DNA from: Crocinitomicaceae bacterium
GTDB lineage: Bacteria; Bacteroidota; Bacteroidia; Flavobacteriales_D; Crocinitomicaceae
Direction: 5' to 3'
NCBI GenBank assembly: GCA_039939375.1
Contig: JBDVJO010000005.1
Location: forward strand, 55,715 to 119,714
Length of the DNA stretch: 64,000 bases
Part shown: piece by piece, positions 1 through 11,400 of the stretch
Numbering within the stretch: the first letter of the stretch is position 1
Layout: the number at the start of each line of letters is the position of its first letter
Translations under genes and position numbers: made by a program
The notes under the pieces: generated by a model
Database searches by the model: none
Told to the model about the DNA's origin: nothing
What the model saw: only the letters and a program-made list of their open reading frames with translations

Positions 1-3000
1 CTGTTATCTGAACAATCTATCCATTGATAAGTAACACCGGTACCAGCTGCATTGGCTGTCAATTCTGTTCCACTAGCAGAAACTGTCGCATCAACTGAAT
101 TGATAATTACCTCTTGAATCAATACGCTATCACATGAATTAGTAGTCATTAAAGAATCATAATAGATTCCTGCAATTGAGTAGTACGTTCCGAAAACCAT
201 TACTGAATCACCATCACAAATTGTAACTGGTGTCATTGTGATTTCATGCGCTAGATTGATGGATAAAGTAGTCTCAATAATTGAATCACATCCATTTACT
301 ACAGTAGATAAAGTATCCATGTAAATTCCTGCAGTCGATTGATACGCTCCTTCTAAGAACAAGCTATCATTTGAACAAATTGTAGCCACCTCCGTCATAT
401 AAATTTCTGCAGGATCTGTAATGGTAGCAGACGTTGAACCTACACATCCGTTAGCATCTGTTACTACTAAATTATAAGTATTTGCTGTTAATCCAGAAAG
501 ATCTTCAGTATCATCATTGTCTCCTGTTCCATCATTGTCCCAATCAATCGTAAGTGGAGCTAAACCGCCAGTAATTGTTGCATCAATTGATCCATTCGCA
601 TCTCCAAAACAAACGTTATCTGTAGTAGATGTGATTGCTACTGAAGGACCAGATGGATCAGAAAGGTTTATTGATGAAGAGGTTGAGCAGCCATTCCCGT
701 CTTGAACTTCTACATTGTAAGTTCCTGAACCTATTCCTGACAAGTCTTCAACATCATCAAAATCTCCTGTTCCATCATTATCCCAATCGTAAACGTACAA
801 TCCTGCACCACCTGAAACCGTTATGTCAATTGAGCCATCTATCAATCCACATGCGCTCGGGTCTGTTCCTACAAGAGCATCAATTACCACTGGAGTTGGT
901 TCGTTTATAGTTGAAGAAGTGGTGACTGTACATCCGTTTGCATCTGTGACAATCACTGTATAAGTTCCTGCACCTATGCCTGTCAAATCTTCAGCATCAT
1001 CATTATCTCCTGTTCCATCATTATCCCAGTCAAATGTATAAGCTGTTGTTCCTCCTGACACATCAATTGTTGCTATACCATCTGTAGATCCCGCGCAAGA
1101 TGCATTTGTCGGAATAGTTGGTGAGACAGTTAAATCTGAAGTGATGGTTACATCAAAACTGCAAGTTGACATATTTCCTTCATCATCTGTTGCGGTATAA
1201 GTTACGGTAGTTGTACCAATGGCAAATGTAGATCCAGGTGCATGCGAAGTCGTAACTGCTGGTGAAGATGAACAGTTATCTGTTGCGGTAGGAGCAGTCC
1301 AAGTAACAACAGAAGAACATCCTGAAGCATCTGCTGATTGTGTTATGTTTGAAGGGCAAGCCACTAGCACTGGAGCCGAAACATCATCAATCACGACATC
1401 TTGCGTTTGAGTGGATGTGTTTCCGTTGCCGTCATCATAAGTCCAAGTCACGGTGGTTGTTCCTTGGGTAGTAATTGGTAAAGTTGCATTATGCGTTCCC
1501 GTAATTGCTCCAGCACAGTTGTCTGTTGCCGTAGGAGCAGTCAAAGAAGTCACCGAACATTCTGCAGTAATATCAGATAAAGTCGCCACATCAGCTACTG
1601 GAGCTGTGACATCATCAATCACTACATCTTGTGTTTGAGTGGATGTGTTTCCGTTACCGTCATTATAAGTCCAAGTCACGGTTGTAGTTCCTTGAGCAGT
1701 AATTGGCAAAGTTGCATTGTGTGTTCCTGTTATTGCACCAGCGCAGTTATCTGTTGCTGTTGGAGCAGTCAAAGAAGTCACTGAACATTCTGCGGTGATA
1801 TCTGATAAAGTCGCCACATCAGCTACTGGAGCTGAGGCATCATCAATCACTACATCTTGTGTTTGAGTAGATGTATTCCCGTTGCCGTCATCATAAGTCC
1901 AAGTCACGGTTGTTGTTCCTTGGGTAGTAATTGGCAAAGTTGCATTGTGTGTTCCTGTAATTGCACCAGCACAGTTATCTGTTGCCGTTGGAGCAGTCAA
2001 AGAAGTCACTGAACATTCTGCAGTAACATCAGATAAAGTCGCCACATCAGCTACTGGAGCTGTGACATCATCAATTACTACATCTTGTGTTTGAGTGGAT
2101 GTGTTTCCGTTACCGTCATTATAAGTCCAAGTCACGGTTGTTGTTCCTTGAGTAGTAATTGGCAAAGTTGCATTGTGTGTTCCTGTAATTGCACCAGCGC
2201 AGTTATCTGTTGCTGTTGGAGCAGTCAAAGAAGTCACTGAACATTCTGCGGTGATATCAGATAAAGTCGCCACATCACCTACTGGAGCTGTGACATCATC
2301 AATTACTACATCTTGCATTTGAGTGGATGTGTTTCCGTTACCGTCATCATAAGTCCAAGTCACAGTTGTTGTACCTTGTGCAGTGATTGGTAAAGTTGCA
2401 TTATGCGTTCCTGTTAGAGCTCCTGCACAGTTATCTGTTGCTGTTGGAGCTATTAAAGTTGTTACCGAACATTCTGCGGTTACATCTGACAAAGTTGTGA
2501 CATCCGCAACTGGCATAGTCACATCATCAATTACCACATCTTGTGTTTGAGTAGCTGTGTTTCCATTTCCATCATCATAGGTCCAAGTAACAGTTGTTGT
2601 TCCCTGGGTTGTGATTGGTAAGGTTGCATTATGTGTTCCTGTTAGAGCTCCTGCACAGTTGTCTGTTGCTGTTGGAGCTGTTAAAGTTGTTACCGAACAC
2701 TCTGCTGTTACATTTGACAATGTTGCCGCATCAGGTACGGGTGATTCCGTGTCCCCGATAGTAATTGTTAATTGATCAGCCATTTCGAGTTCACACTCAA
2801 CACATGCCATTGCTGTAATCCAGTCAGAAGAAGGCTCCATATTGGTAAGAGTTGCATCATAACCATTCCCTGTTTTATCAGTTGCAACACCACTACCGGT
2901 TCCATCATTCAAATCCCAATAAGCTACCAGACCTACTTCATTCCCATCAAAACAAGTTAACATTTCATCTTGAATCTCGCTTTCTGTTTTTGCATAATCC

Positions 3001-5015
3001 CAAATACTTACGTTATCAATAGCTCCGCCTAAATAATCTGAAGACCCACTTCCTAATTGAAAATTTCCAGTTGCAGCAGTATTTAAAGGCACACTAATAG
3101 AACCTTCCAAAGCACCATCCACATATAATTTCCCGGTTGTCCCATCATGAGTATAGGCTAAATGATGCCAATTTCCATCATCTATTAAAGTTGTTCCAAG
3201 AATGTCTCCAGAATGTCTCCATAATGTTGCTACTCCTGTACCATGTAAACCCAGAGCACACTCATTCCCTGCAGCAACATTATTTCCGTATTCAATTATA
3301 TATTCTGGTCCATCTATTGCACCTATTGTCTTAATCCAACCTTGTATCGTTCTAGAATCATTACCTAAAGGTAAGCCAGCATCAGGACCTACAGCATGTT
3401 CGTTGGTTCCATCAAATTCTAACCCAGTTGTTGGTGCAGACGACACTTGAGCTAATACATTAAATGTCGTAGTTGCAGAAACAGTTCCTGCAGCAAACGA
3501 AATACCTGAACCAGTCCCCGTAATAGGACCATCAATTAAGGAGTTATCTAAATTATTTCTAAGAAAATATTGAAGTCCATTTTCGGAGTTATCTAAATTA
3601 ACTGTAGCAGAAGTACTAGTGCACGAAGAAAAATCAACTTCAGTTATAGTTTGTTCTAATATGACACAAGGGCATCCAGTAAAACTTGGAGCTCCTGATA
3701 GTGTTTGACCAGCAATCCAAGTCGGGAGATTCCCTCCAGTTTGCAATGTCCCGTGATATCCGTTCCCTGAAAGATCAGTCAAAGTAGTTCCAGAACCATC
3801 TGAAAAATCATAATAAGCAACTAATGATTCACTTCCGGTATATAAAGCATTCATATCTGCTAGAATTGCAGCATCAGACTTCACACAATTCCAAATCCGC
3901 ACATCATCTATAACACCATCAAACTCTTCGGAACCAGCAATAGCGCTATTTCCAATTTTAAATGAATTCGAATTCGCTGCAAAAACTCCCGTCTTTGCGA
4001 CCGTGTTTTCTAAAACTCCGTTCACATATATACGAATATTTGACCCATCATAAGTTCCTGAAATATGGGTCCAGACACCAGTTGAAATAGATGTAGTTGC
4101 GCTACAGCTGGTAAAACCAGGAGTTCCTACCCAAAAAGTAGGTAAACCACCGTCTATTCTTAAGAGGTATTGCATTGAACCAGAATCATAATTCCCTAAA
4201 ATTGTTGGAAGACCTGCAGTTGATTCAGCTTTAATCCAAGCCTCTACCGTCACTTCTTCACCACCTTGAAAAATTGAATTTATTGAAGTTCCGCAATCAA
4301 CATATTGGTCAGGTGAAGATTTTTCGAAATCAAGGGCATGCGGATTTGTAAAACACCCATCAATACCAGTGATCCATGATGTAAACGGATTCATACCATT
4401 TAAACTCCCATTATTTATGCCTCCCGCGTTTCCTTGATTTGTAACAATTGTTGTTCCAGATCCAGTTTCAAAATCATAGAAAATTTGCAAACCTGTTTCA
4501 GAACCAGTTAAACACTGATTGTAATTTGCTAAAATTTCAGCATTCGAACGTGATAAATCCCAAACTCGAAAATCATCAATTACTTCTGTTGTTGAGCTAA
4601 ATTGAGAACCCAAAGTAACTGTACCTGTTCCAAAACCTATTGGTCCACCAAATGCCATTGACACAGGTAATCCATCCACAAAAATTTGAGCACCGGCTGA
4701 AGGAGAACTTCTAAAAGCAATGTGATGTGGTTGGCCATCTGTTGGCCAAGCTCCAGCATTACTTTGCATAAAACCGTTAAACTGAATAACACCATTAGGA
4801 AAAATTCTAACATAATTTCCACCACTAGAAAACGGAAAGCAATTGTTGTCTGGATCTTGCAACCAAAATTCTATTGTCCAAGAAGGATCGCCATTTAATG
4901 CCGTGTTAGCATTTGGTACATTTATAAAGCCTGAACCAACAAAATCAATTGCAGTTTGAGCAAAACTTGCAAAAGACAATCCAATTAGGGCAAGGGATAG
5001 TAATCTTTTTTTCAT
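1..5015 (-). CDS. Giant secreted cell-surface protein, 5' partial (the C-terminus lies beyond the window start). N-terminal signal peptide (MKKRLLSLALIGLSFASFAQ), three LamG/concanavalin-like domains, about seven 76-aa HYR-like Ig repeats, then SprB-type repeats
   Basis: ATG at 5013-5015 (rev-comp) with a signal peptide. The reading frame stays open to position 1, which explains why the ORF track omits it (edge-truncated). Translation of 1382-2750 gives repeated ...TAPTATDNCAG..TGTHNATLPIT.QGTTTVTWTYDDGNGNTSTQTQDVVIDD (HYR-like). Translation of 1-1150 gives GxIDxTVSGG...YxWDNDGTGDNDD.EDLSGxxAGTYxVxVTDANGC (SprB repeat signature). Confidence 0.8.
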   Translation of the reverse strand, partial: MKKRLLSLALIGLSFASFAQTAIDFVGSGFINVPNANTALNGDPSWTIEFWLQDPDNNCFPFSSGGNYVRIFPNGVIQFNGFMQSNAGAWPTDGQPHHIAFRSSPSAGAQIFVDGLPVSMAFGGPIGFGTGTVTLGSQFSSTTEVIDDFRVWDLSRSNAEILANYNQCLTGSETGLQIFYDFETGSGTTIVTNQGNAGGINNGSLNGMNPFTSWITGIDGCFTNPHALDFEKSSPDQYVDCGTSINSIFQGGEEVTVEAWIKAESTAGLPTILGNYDSGSMQYLLRIDGGLPTFWVGTPGFTSCSATTSISTGVWTHISGTYDGSNIRIYVNGVLENTVAKTGVFAANSNSFKIGNSAIAGSEEFDGVIDDVRIWNCVKSDAAILADMNALYTGSESLVAYYDFSDGSGTTLTDLSGNGYHGTLQTGGNLPTWIAGQTLSGAPSFTGCPCVILEQTITEVDFSSCTSTSATVNLDNSENGLQYFLRNNLDNSLIDGPITGTGSGISFAAGTVSATTTFNVLAQVSSAPTTGLEFDGTNEHAVGPDAGLPLGNDSRTIQGWIKTIGAIDGPEYIIEYGNNVAAGNECALGLHGTGVATLWRHSGDILGTTLIDDGNWHHLAYTHDGTTGKLYVDGALEGSISVPLNTAATGNFQLGSGSSDYLGGAIDNVSIWDYAKTESEIQDEMLTCFDGNEVGLVAYWDLNDGTGSGVATDKTGNGYDATLTNMEPSSDWITAMACVECELEMADQLTITIGDTESPVPDAATLSNVTAECSVTTLTAPTATDNCAGALTGTHNATLPITTQGTTTVTWTYDDGNGNTATQTQDVVIDDVTMPVADVTTLSDVTAECSVTTLIAPTATDNCAGALTGTHNATLPITAQGTTTVTWTYDDGNGNTSTQMQDVVIDDVTAPVGDVATLSDITAECSVTSLTAPTATDNCAGAITGTHNATLPITTQGTTTVTWTYNDGNGNTSTQTQDVVIDDVTAPVADVATLSDVTAECSVTSLTAPTATDNCAGAITGTHNATLPITTQGTTTVTWTYDDGNGNTSTQTQDVVIDDASAPVADVATLSDITAECSVTSLTAPTATDNCAGAITGTHNATLPITAQGTTTVTWTYNDGNGNTSTQTQDVVIDDVTAPVADVATLSDITAECSVTSLTAPTATDNCAGAITGTHNATLPITTQGTTTVTWTYDDGNGNTSTQTQDVVIDDVSAPVLVACPSNITQSADASGCSSVVTWTAPTATDNCSSSPAVTTSHAPGSTFAIGTTTVTYTATDDEGNMSTCSFDVTITSDLTVSPTIPTNASCAGSTDGIATIDVSGGTTAYTFDWDNDGTGDNDDAEDLTGIGAGTYTVIVTDANGCTVTTSSTINEPTPVVIDALVGTDPSACGLIDGSIDITVSGGAGLYVYDWDNDGTGDFDDVEDLSGIGSGTYNVEVQDGNGCSTSSSINLSDPSGPSVAITSTTDNVCFGDANGSIDATITGGLAPLTIDWDNDGTGDNDDTEDLSGLTANTYNLVVTDANGCVGSTSATITDPAEIYMTEVATICSNDSLFLEGAYQSTAGIYMDTLSTVVNGCDSIIETTLSINLAHEITMTPVTICDGDSVMVFGTYYSIAGIYYDSLMTTNSCDSVLIQEVIINSVDATVSASGTELTANAAGTGVTYQWIDCSDN
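1382..2750 (-). repeat. Intragenic tandem repeat inside the giant protein gene, period 228 bp (76 aa), about 6 copies at roughly 90-97% nucleotide identity
   Basis: The anchor 'catcatcaat(c/t)ac' recurs at 1382, 1608, 1838, 2066, 2294 and 2522. Each unit encodes one HYR-like domain. Confidence 0.85.
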
Positions 5016-5118
5016 AACAATTCGTTTAAGTTTGAAGCGAAAATGAAAAAAAAGTTAGCCCTGAAGAAAAATCTAAAAGGCTGTGTTGAGAAAGGGTTAA
5101 TTTTTGTTGAGAATGAAA

Positions 5119-6072
5119 TTATTTTTCGTGCAACAAATCTAAATTAATGCGCACCGCTTCTTCGTAAGCCTCAATAGATTTGGCTTTTTTAATCCGCTTA
5201 TAGGTTTTGTGTGGATCTGGAAATGACTGAGCAAAATACTCCCAATAAGATGTCATTTTTGTCAACACATGACTTTTTCCGGATAGCGCAGATGCATATC
5301 CTTCAAACAACTCTTGGATAAAGTAACTAAACAGTTCTACTCTATTTTCTGGATATTCTGCAGAACCTTGTTTTATCATTGTTGGTAAAAAGGGGTCTGC
5401 GATTAATCCTCTTCCAATCATCCAATGATCAATTGACGGAAACTTAGATTTCATTTCGTTAAATCCTTCAACTGTAGTGATGTCACCGTTGTAGTAGATT
5501 TTTTGATTGGATACGTCTAAACATTTTTGAAATCCTTCTAAATCAACTCCGCCTTTGTACAACTGCTTCCCTATTCGGGCATGAATAGCAACGTTCTTGA
5601 TAGGATATTTATCTAAAATCGGAAAGACATCCAAAATTTCTTCTGCATGTTCATAGCCCATTCGCATCTTCAGAGAAACCACTATATCTGATTCGTCATG
5701 AACTTTTTTTAAAACGTCATCAATTTTTGACGGCTCGCAAATCAAGCCAGAACCCATCCCTCTCTTCGTCACCATTGGATAAGGGCATCCTAAATTCCAG
5801 TTCAATTCATTATACCCTAATGATTGGACATATTTAACGACAAACATAAACTCATCTGGGTCGTTGGTCATCACTTGAGGATAAAGAACTGGAACCGTAT
5901 TGTTTTTAGGATCTAGATCTCTCTGATAGCCAGGTTTAATTTCTAATTTTCCGTTTAAACGTATGTAAGGAGCAAAATAAGTATCTATTCCTCCAAAAAA
6001 CTTATGTTGAGCATTTCTGAATCTGAAATCAGTAAAACCTTGTAATGGAGAAGAAAGAAGCGTAATAGACAT
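5119..6072 (-). CDS. tRNA-dihydrouridine synthase (Dus family, FMN TIM-barrel)
   Basis: 317 aa. Contains WNLGCPYPMVTKRGMGSGL (the catalytic Cys region) and KMRMG...HAR motifs typical of DusB/DusC-like enzymes. Confidence 0.8.
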   Translation of the reverse strand: MSITLLSSPLQGFTDFRFRNAQHKFFGGIDTYFAPYIRLNGKLEIKPGYQRDLDPKNNTVPVLYPQVMTNDPDEFMFVVKYVQSLGYNELNWNLGCPYPMVTKRGMGSGLICEPSKIDDVLKKVHDESDIVVSLKMRMGYEHAEEILDVFPILDKYPIKNVAIHARIGKQLYKGGVDLEGFQKCLDVSNQKIYYNGDITTVEGFNEMKSKFPSIDHWMIGRGLIADPFLPTMIKQGSAEYPENRVELFSYFIQELFEGYASALSGKSHVLTKMTSYWEYFAQSFPDPHKTYKRIKKAKSIEAYEEAVRINLDLLHEK

Positions 6073-6079
6073 CTAAAGT

Positions 6080-6625
6080 TTAAACTTTTTCTGCCATCAA
6101 CTTTTCGTAGTCTATCCTACTTTGTTCAATAACTTTTCTCGCTACTTCAGCTCCATGAAAATTCTCAACATCCACCGACTTGTTTTCTAGCTTTTTGTAA
6201 TCTTCAAAAAAGTTTCTGATTTCTTTAAAAAAATGCTCGGGCAATTCAGAGATATCATTGATATGATTTACACTCATATCGTGCTCAGCGACTGCAATAA
6301 TTTTGTCATCTGCTTCACCTCCATCTGACATGCGCATTACACCAATTGGTTTAGCAGAGACTATACACAATGGTACCACTGTAATTTGAGATAAAATCAA
6401 AATATCCAGCGGATCGTTGTCATCACAATAGGTTTGAGGGATAAAACCATAGTTAAAAGGATAGTGCATAGCAGAGAACAACACTCTATCTAATTTTAAT
6501 AAGCCTGAATCCTTATCGATTTCATATTTCGCTCTTGTATTTTTAGGAATCTCAATAATTCCATTTACTATTTGTGGTGGATTATCTCCAACTGAAACCG
6601 AATGCCAAGGGTGCGAATTATTCAT
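6080..6625 (-). CDS. ppa: Inorganic pyrophosphatase (family I)
   Basis: 181 aa. Contains [12 protein letters not shown]...DPLDILIL and a KIIAV...D acidic-cluster signature. Confidence 0.85.
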   Translation of the reverse strand: MNNSHPWHSVSVGDNPPQIVNGIIEIPKNTRAKYEIDKDSGLLKLDRVLFSAMHYPFNYGFIPQTYCDDNDPLDILILSQITVVPLCIVSAKPIGVMRMSDGGEADDKIIAVAEHDMSVNHINDISELPEHFFKEIRNFFEDYKKLENKSVDVENFHGAEVARKVIEQSRIDYEKLMAEKV

Positions 6626-6790
6626 AGTTTAATTTTTGCGCAAAGGTAGATAATTCAAGGATTTGAAATACTATAAGCCATTAATAAATTTTAAAATAAT
6701 TTAGAATTTGCGATAATCTTTAAAAAATGAAAACTATAGTTATCAGATCGCTATTTGAAACCAATGGCTACCTTTGAGTTATTCTAGACA

Positions 6791-7321
6791 ATGAAACAAC
6801 TTTTACTCATATTTCTTGTATTCGGCACTTGGTCAGCTGCTCATGCTGACGAACGATTTTTACCAAAACCCATTGACATCTCAGTGAGAAAAGTGGGTCC
6901 TTACTTTGGTTTTGAAATGGGGAGGACACCTACTATTGAATTGGGTTCTGAAATGATGTTCAAGAAAATCTCATTGAGAAAAGCGAGTGTTCATGGCATT
7001 CACTTGGGGATGAATTTTGCTTGGGAGGAACCAGGATTAGGGTTTGAGACAGGATATTGGTATAAGCAAGGAAGGCTGAACATGAGTTTTGGAGGAAGCT
7101 TAGTTTTTAGAACAAATTTTGATGAAAATAGAATCGGTTTTTCGCCAATGATGGGTTATCGTCTTTTTGGATTTCACCTTCAGGCAGGGGTCCATATTTT
7201 AACGCCCTCTGAAACCTATACAAACACGAATAGCTTTTTTATTCGCCTCAGATTTACACTTGTCACTGATAGAAAATGGGATGTTGACGGCTTGAATTTC
7301 AACCGTAAAAAGAAGAAATAA
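6791..7321 (+). CDS. Hypothetical secreted or outer-membrane protein (signal peptide; small, possibly beta-barrel-like)
   Basis: 176 aa. N-terminal signal peptide MKQLLLIFLVFGTWSAAHA. Aromatic and Gly-rich alternating pattern. A lysine tail KKKK. Confidence 0.5.
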   Translation: MKQLLLIFLVFGTWSAAHADERFLPKPIDISVRKVGPYFGFEMGRTPTIELGSEMMFKKISLRKASVHGIHLGMNFAWEEPGLGFETGYWYKQGRLNMSFGGSLVFRTNFDENRIGFSPMMGYRLFGFHLQAGVHILTPSETYTNTNSFFIRLRFTLVTDRKWDVDGLNFNRKKKK

Positions 7322-7324
7322 TCA

Positions 7325-7936
7325 TTAGCCTTTCACGATTACTGAACGTGCCATAAACAGCTCTTTCAATGCTTTGACTTTTCCTTCAAACTTAGATGCA
7401 AAGACTAAAAACTGTCCTTTTTTCAAGCTTTCGGTAATTCTATTGATGTCTGTATGAGCTGATGAGCTGATTAAGAAATCAGCATCTTCAATAATTAACA
7501 TTTCTAACTCATTTAGGTTGATGCCATTCAAAAAATATAACTTTGCGAAACGTTTTGGCGTGGCTATTAAGATGTCAATTCCAGGATAAATAAGGTTTTT
7601 TTGAATTTGCCAATCACCCTCTTCATAAATTGGCAAAATTCTTAGATCAGTGTACCGAGTCAGCGCTACAAATTGTTCTTCTAATTCTAGCGCTGCTTTT
7701 CTATCTTGAACAAAAATTACAGCTCTCGGATTATCTCCTTTGGGTGCCATTTTCAGTTTATTCAATACCGACAATAGAATTGTTGTTGTTTTTCCACAAC
7801 CTTTCTCTCCTATCCCATAAACATGCACGCCTGATTTAATTTTAGGGATAATGGCAGCTTGAAAAGGATTGGGAGATTCAATACCTTTTTCACCTAACCT
7901 TGAAATCAGTTCTGGATCTATTTTTTTGAAAGACAT
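7325..7936 (-). CDS. Stand-alone DEAD-box helicase domain-1-like protein with degenerate motifs and no C-terminal helicase domain
   Basis: 203 aa. Q-motif-like NPFQAAIIP. Walker A GEKGCGKT. Motif Ib ATPKRF. Motif II degenerate (IIEDAD in place of DEAD). SAT-like SSSAH. The protein ends about 60 aa after motif III. Confidence 0.6.
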   Translation of the reverse strand: MSFKKIDPELISRLGEKGIESPNPFQAAIIPKIKSGVHVYGIGEKGCGKTTTILLSVLNKLKMAPKGDNPRAVIFVQDRKAALELEEQFVALTRYTDLRILPIYEEGDWQIQKNLIYPGIDILIATPKRFAKLYFLNGINLNELEMLIIEDADFLISSSAHTDINRITESLKKGQFLVFASKFEGKVKALKELFMARSVIVKG

Positions 7937-7992
7937 ACTACAAAGTTAAACCTATAATTGGAATTTTAACTTGTGATAATAGTATTCCAAAC

Positions 7993-8292
7993 TTAATAAG
8001 CTATCGGCGAAAAACCTGTCGTAATTTGCTCAAAACGGGTGTTGATGTCTTTCAGCATTTCTTTGTATTCTTCAATTTTGTTTTTCAAGATCGGTCTAAT
8101 TTTAGGTTCAGACTGAAAATACAGCAGCATCTTCTCTGCTTTACCTTGATAATCTTGAAAAATCTCAAATCCTATCAATTCGTTATTTTGAATACGTTGT
8201 TTTAAATCTTTGTGATAAGCCATAACATTCATGTTTGTCTTCAACATTAGAACATTTCCAATTAAAAAAAGTTCAATCAAACATAGAACCAA
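7993..8292 (-). CDS. Hypothetical small protein. The true start may be the internal Met (MNVMAYHKDLKQ...)
   Basis: 99-aa ORF lying upstream of, and co-oriented with, the DEAD-like gene. No recognisable motif. Confidence 0.35.
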   Translation of the reverse strand: MVLCLIELFLIGNVLMLKTNMNVMAYHKDLKQRIQNNELIGFEIFQDYQGKAEKMLLYFQSEPKIRPILKNKIEEYKEMLKDINTRFEQITTGFSPIAY

Positions 8293-8368
8293 AATTCATA
8301 CAGAGCAAATTTGACCTTGGGTTAATATTCACAAATGGATGTTGGTTCGGAATAAGAGAGCACAAAAA

Positions 8369-8392
8369 AGCCGTCCACTTTCGTGAACGGCT
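8369..8392 (-). terminator. Rho-independent terminator for the 8425..12111 gene
   Basis: Minus strand reads AGCCGTTCACGAAAGTGGACGGCT, followed by a T-run (plus-strand aaaaa at 8364-8368). Confidence 0.6.
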
Positions 8393-8424
8393 CCATCTAA
8401 ACGAACTAGGTTTTACACCTATAA

Positions 8425-11400
8425 TTATTGTTTTATGATTCTTTTAACCATTTGCTGATCACCAGCAGTTACGGTCATAAAGTAAATACCATTTTCAAAC
8501 TCAGACAAGTTCAGTTGAGTTTTATTTCCAGCAATTGTTGTAGATAAAACTAACTTTCCTGAAGCATCTGTTAAGTTCAATAATGCTGCATCAAACCCCT
8601 GAGAAAACTCAACTGTTACCTCAGCATTTGTTGGATTTGGATAAAGATTGAATGTCAATGTGTTTTCTTCAACACCCACTGAACTTAATACAGTGAACGT
8701 AGAATCTAAAGCACAATTTCCATCATCAACCGTTAAAGTATAAGTCCCTCCAACTAATCCAGAAATATCTTCAGTTGTTTCTGCGTTGCTCCAAGTGAAA
8801 TCAAAAGTTCCTGAACCACCTGTAACTGTTACATCAATTGCTCCGTCTGAACCGACAAGTTCATCTGTAATAACCGCTGTGATTGTTGGACCTGCAACAG
8901 TTATGATTTCTACCATATCAGTGTCCTCACATCCGTTTGCGTCTGTTCCAGTAACCGTATATATTGTTGTAGCCGCAGCTCCCACATTAAAGGCAACTCC
9001 GTCAGTTACACCATTGTCCCAAACATAAGTATCTGCTCCTGCTCCTGATAACGTGTAAGTTGCGTTTTCACATAAAGTTGTGTCTACACCCGCATCTACT
9101 GTTGGAAGTGCATTCACAATAACATCAACAACATCTGTTGTTTGACAACCTGTCGCTGTAATCTCGCCTGTTACCATGTAAGTAGTTGTACCTACTGACG
9201 GTGTAAATGCAACCCCATCAGTGATTCCATTATCCCAAGTGTAAGTATCCGCATTACCAGTTCCAGATAAAGTAACATCACCAGCACCATCACACTGTTC
9301 AACATTTGTTCCTGCATCAACTGTAGGAAGTGCGTTGATTGTTACATCAACCATATCGGTATTTTGACATCCATTGGCATCTGTTCCGGTAACTGTATAA
9401 GTCGTAGTTCCGTTTGGAGCTGTAAATGCAACTCCATCCGTTACTGCATTATCCCAAGCGTAAGTTACGGCACCAGCACCATTCAATGTTACCATGGTGT
9501 TTTCACATTCAGTTTGATCTGTACCTGCGTCAACAGTTGGTAAAGGATTAATTGTAACTGTTAATTGGTCTGCTAATTCTAATTCACAATCGGTACAGAT
9601 TTCTTCTGTTACCCAATCCGTTGCCGGATCCATATTCATCATTATACCGTCATTTGCATTCCCTGACAAGTCTGTTACTGTTGTACCGGATGCATCAGTC
9701 ATGCCGTAAAGAGCGACTAATCCTGTTTCGTTACCTGAAAGACAAGTTGTCATATTTGAACTGATTTCTCCGGCAGTTCTAGTTGTATTCCAAATTCTAA
9801 CTTCATCAATTACTCCAGTAAATTCTTCATTGATTGCGTTATTACCCATTACGCATGAGTTACTTGTAGTTATTAACCCGGCCCCTGTGATTGCCGTAGT
9901 TGAAGCAACTTCAACACCATCAAGGTATACTTTTGTTGTTGTACCATCCCAAGTTCCAGCAACATGTTGCCATTCTCCGACTGCAACAGAACCTGGAGGT
10001 GTATCTAAATGTTGGTATCCGGTTCCTGGATCAATGTAAAATTGGTAATGATCTCCAGACCTTCTAATCATGAATTGCAATTCATTAGCATTCGTAGGGT
10101 AAGCATAATTACCCACTACAACTCCTAAACCAAGAGTGTTTGCTGCTTTTACATTCGCTTCAACTGTAATCGTAGTACTACCCGTTAAATCAGTAGAAAT
10201 TTGGTTCCCTAAATCAACTAGATCATCATTCCCATCAAAATCTAAGGCAGTTTTGGGAGCAGCAGTTGCATATACATTATAGGTAGTTGTATTCGTGATA
10301 GTAGATCCATTTAAATCAATTGCACCACCTGTTCCTAATACTGGACCGTCTACTACTGAATTATCTGCATTATCTCTTAGATAATAATTAACGCCAGCCT
10401 GTGTAGAAGCTAAACTAACTAAAGGATCATCTGTACCACAAGCATCATAATCAGCTTGAGTAATTGTTTGCTCTGCGATAGGGTCTATTGTAATTGTAAA
10501 GTCATCAGAAATTGTGATTGAACAAGAGGTACAAGCTCCAGAACCAGACACCCAATTTGTTGAAGGGTTCATTATTATTCCGTCTGACCCTACGTTTGAA
10601 GTGATTGCCGTACCAGACGCCTCATCAAATGAAGTGTGTTGCACTAAACCTGCTTCTGCACCTGAAATACAGGTCATATTATTAGCAATTTGATCTTGGG
10701 TTCTAGCAACATTCCATACTCTGAAGTCATCAAATGCCACATTTGTATTTCTTAATGATGTTCCGGGACTATATCTTGGGTCTTGACCAATTTCTATAAC
10801 TGAATTAACATTATTAATCATTCCTCCTGTGATTCCATTTGCATTGGAAGCTACTAAAACGCCATCATAATAAATGTACATTCCAGAAGCATCTGCAACG
10901 GTGGCAACATGTGTCCACCCTGCTGGCATTGCTGGAAAGTTTAATTCATCCCAAACGCCATTATCATTGACTCTCCATTCTTTTTCTGTTCCTAAAGAGT
11001 GCCATAACCACACGTTCTCAGTCATATTATCAACTAAAGATGTAGATTGTCCTGCCCATGCTTGAACACCTGCTGCTCCATTCACCCAAGCTTCAACCGT
11101 AATGGCATCAGAATAAGATGTGTTTGGATTGGCAAACTGCACAAAATCGTTACTTTGAGGTAAGTCTACTCCGTAATCAGGTTGAAATCCTTTAGCTACG
11201 ATTTCGTAAGTGGTGGTTGACATTACTTCTCCTGTATTCCAATTTAATGCTGACCCTGTACCTGTTAATGGACTACCCACTACATCTCCATTTGTTGCGT
11301 CCGTTAAAAAATAAGTTAATCCAACTTCAGAAGATGCCAATTCTACTATCGTATCGGCTTTACAAATCACATTGTAATCTGCCTGAGTTATCGTTTGATC

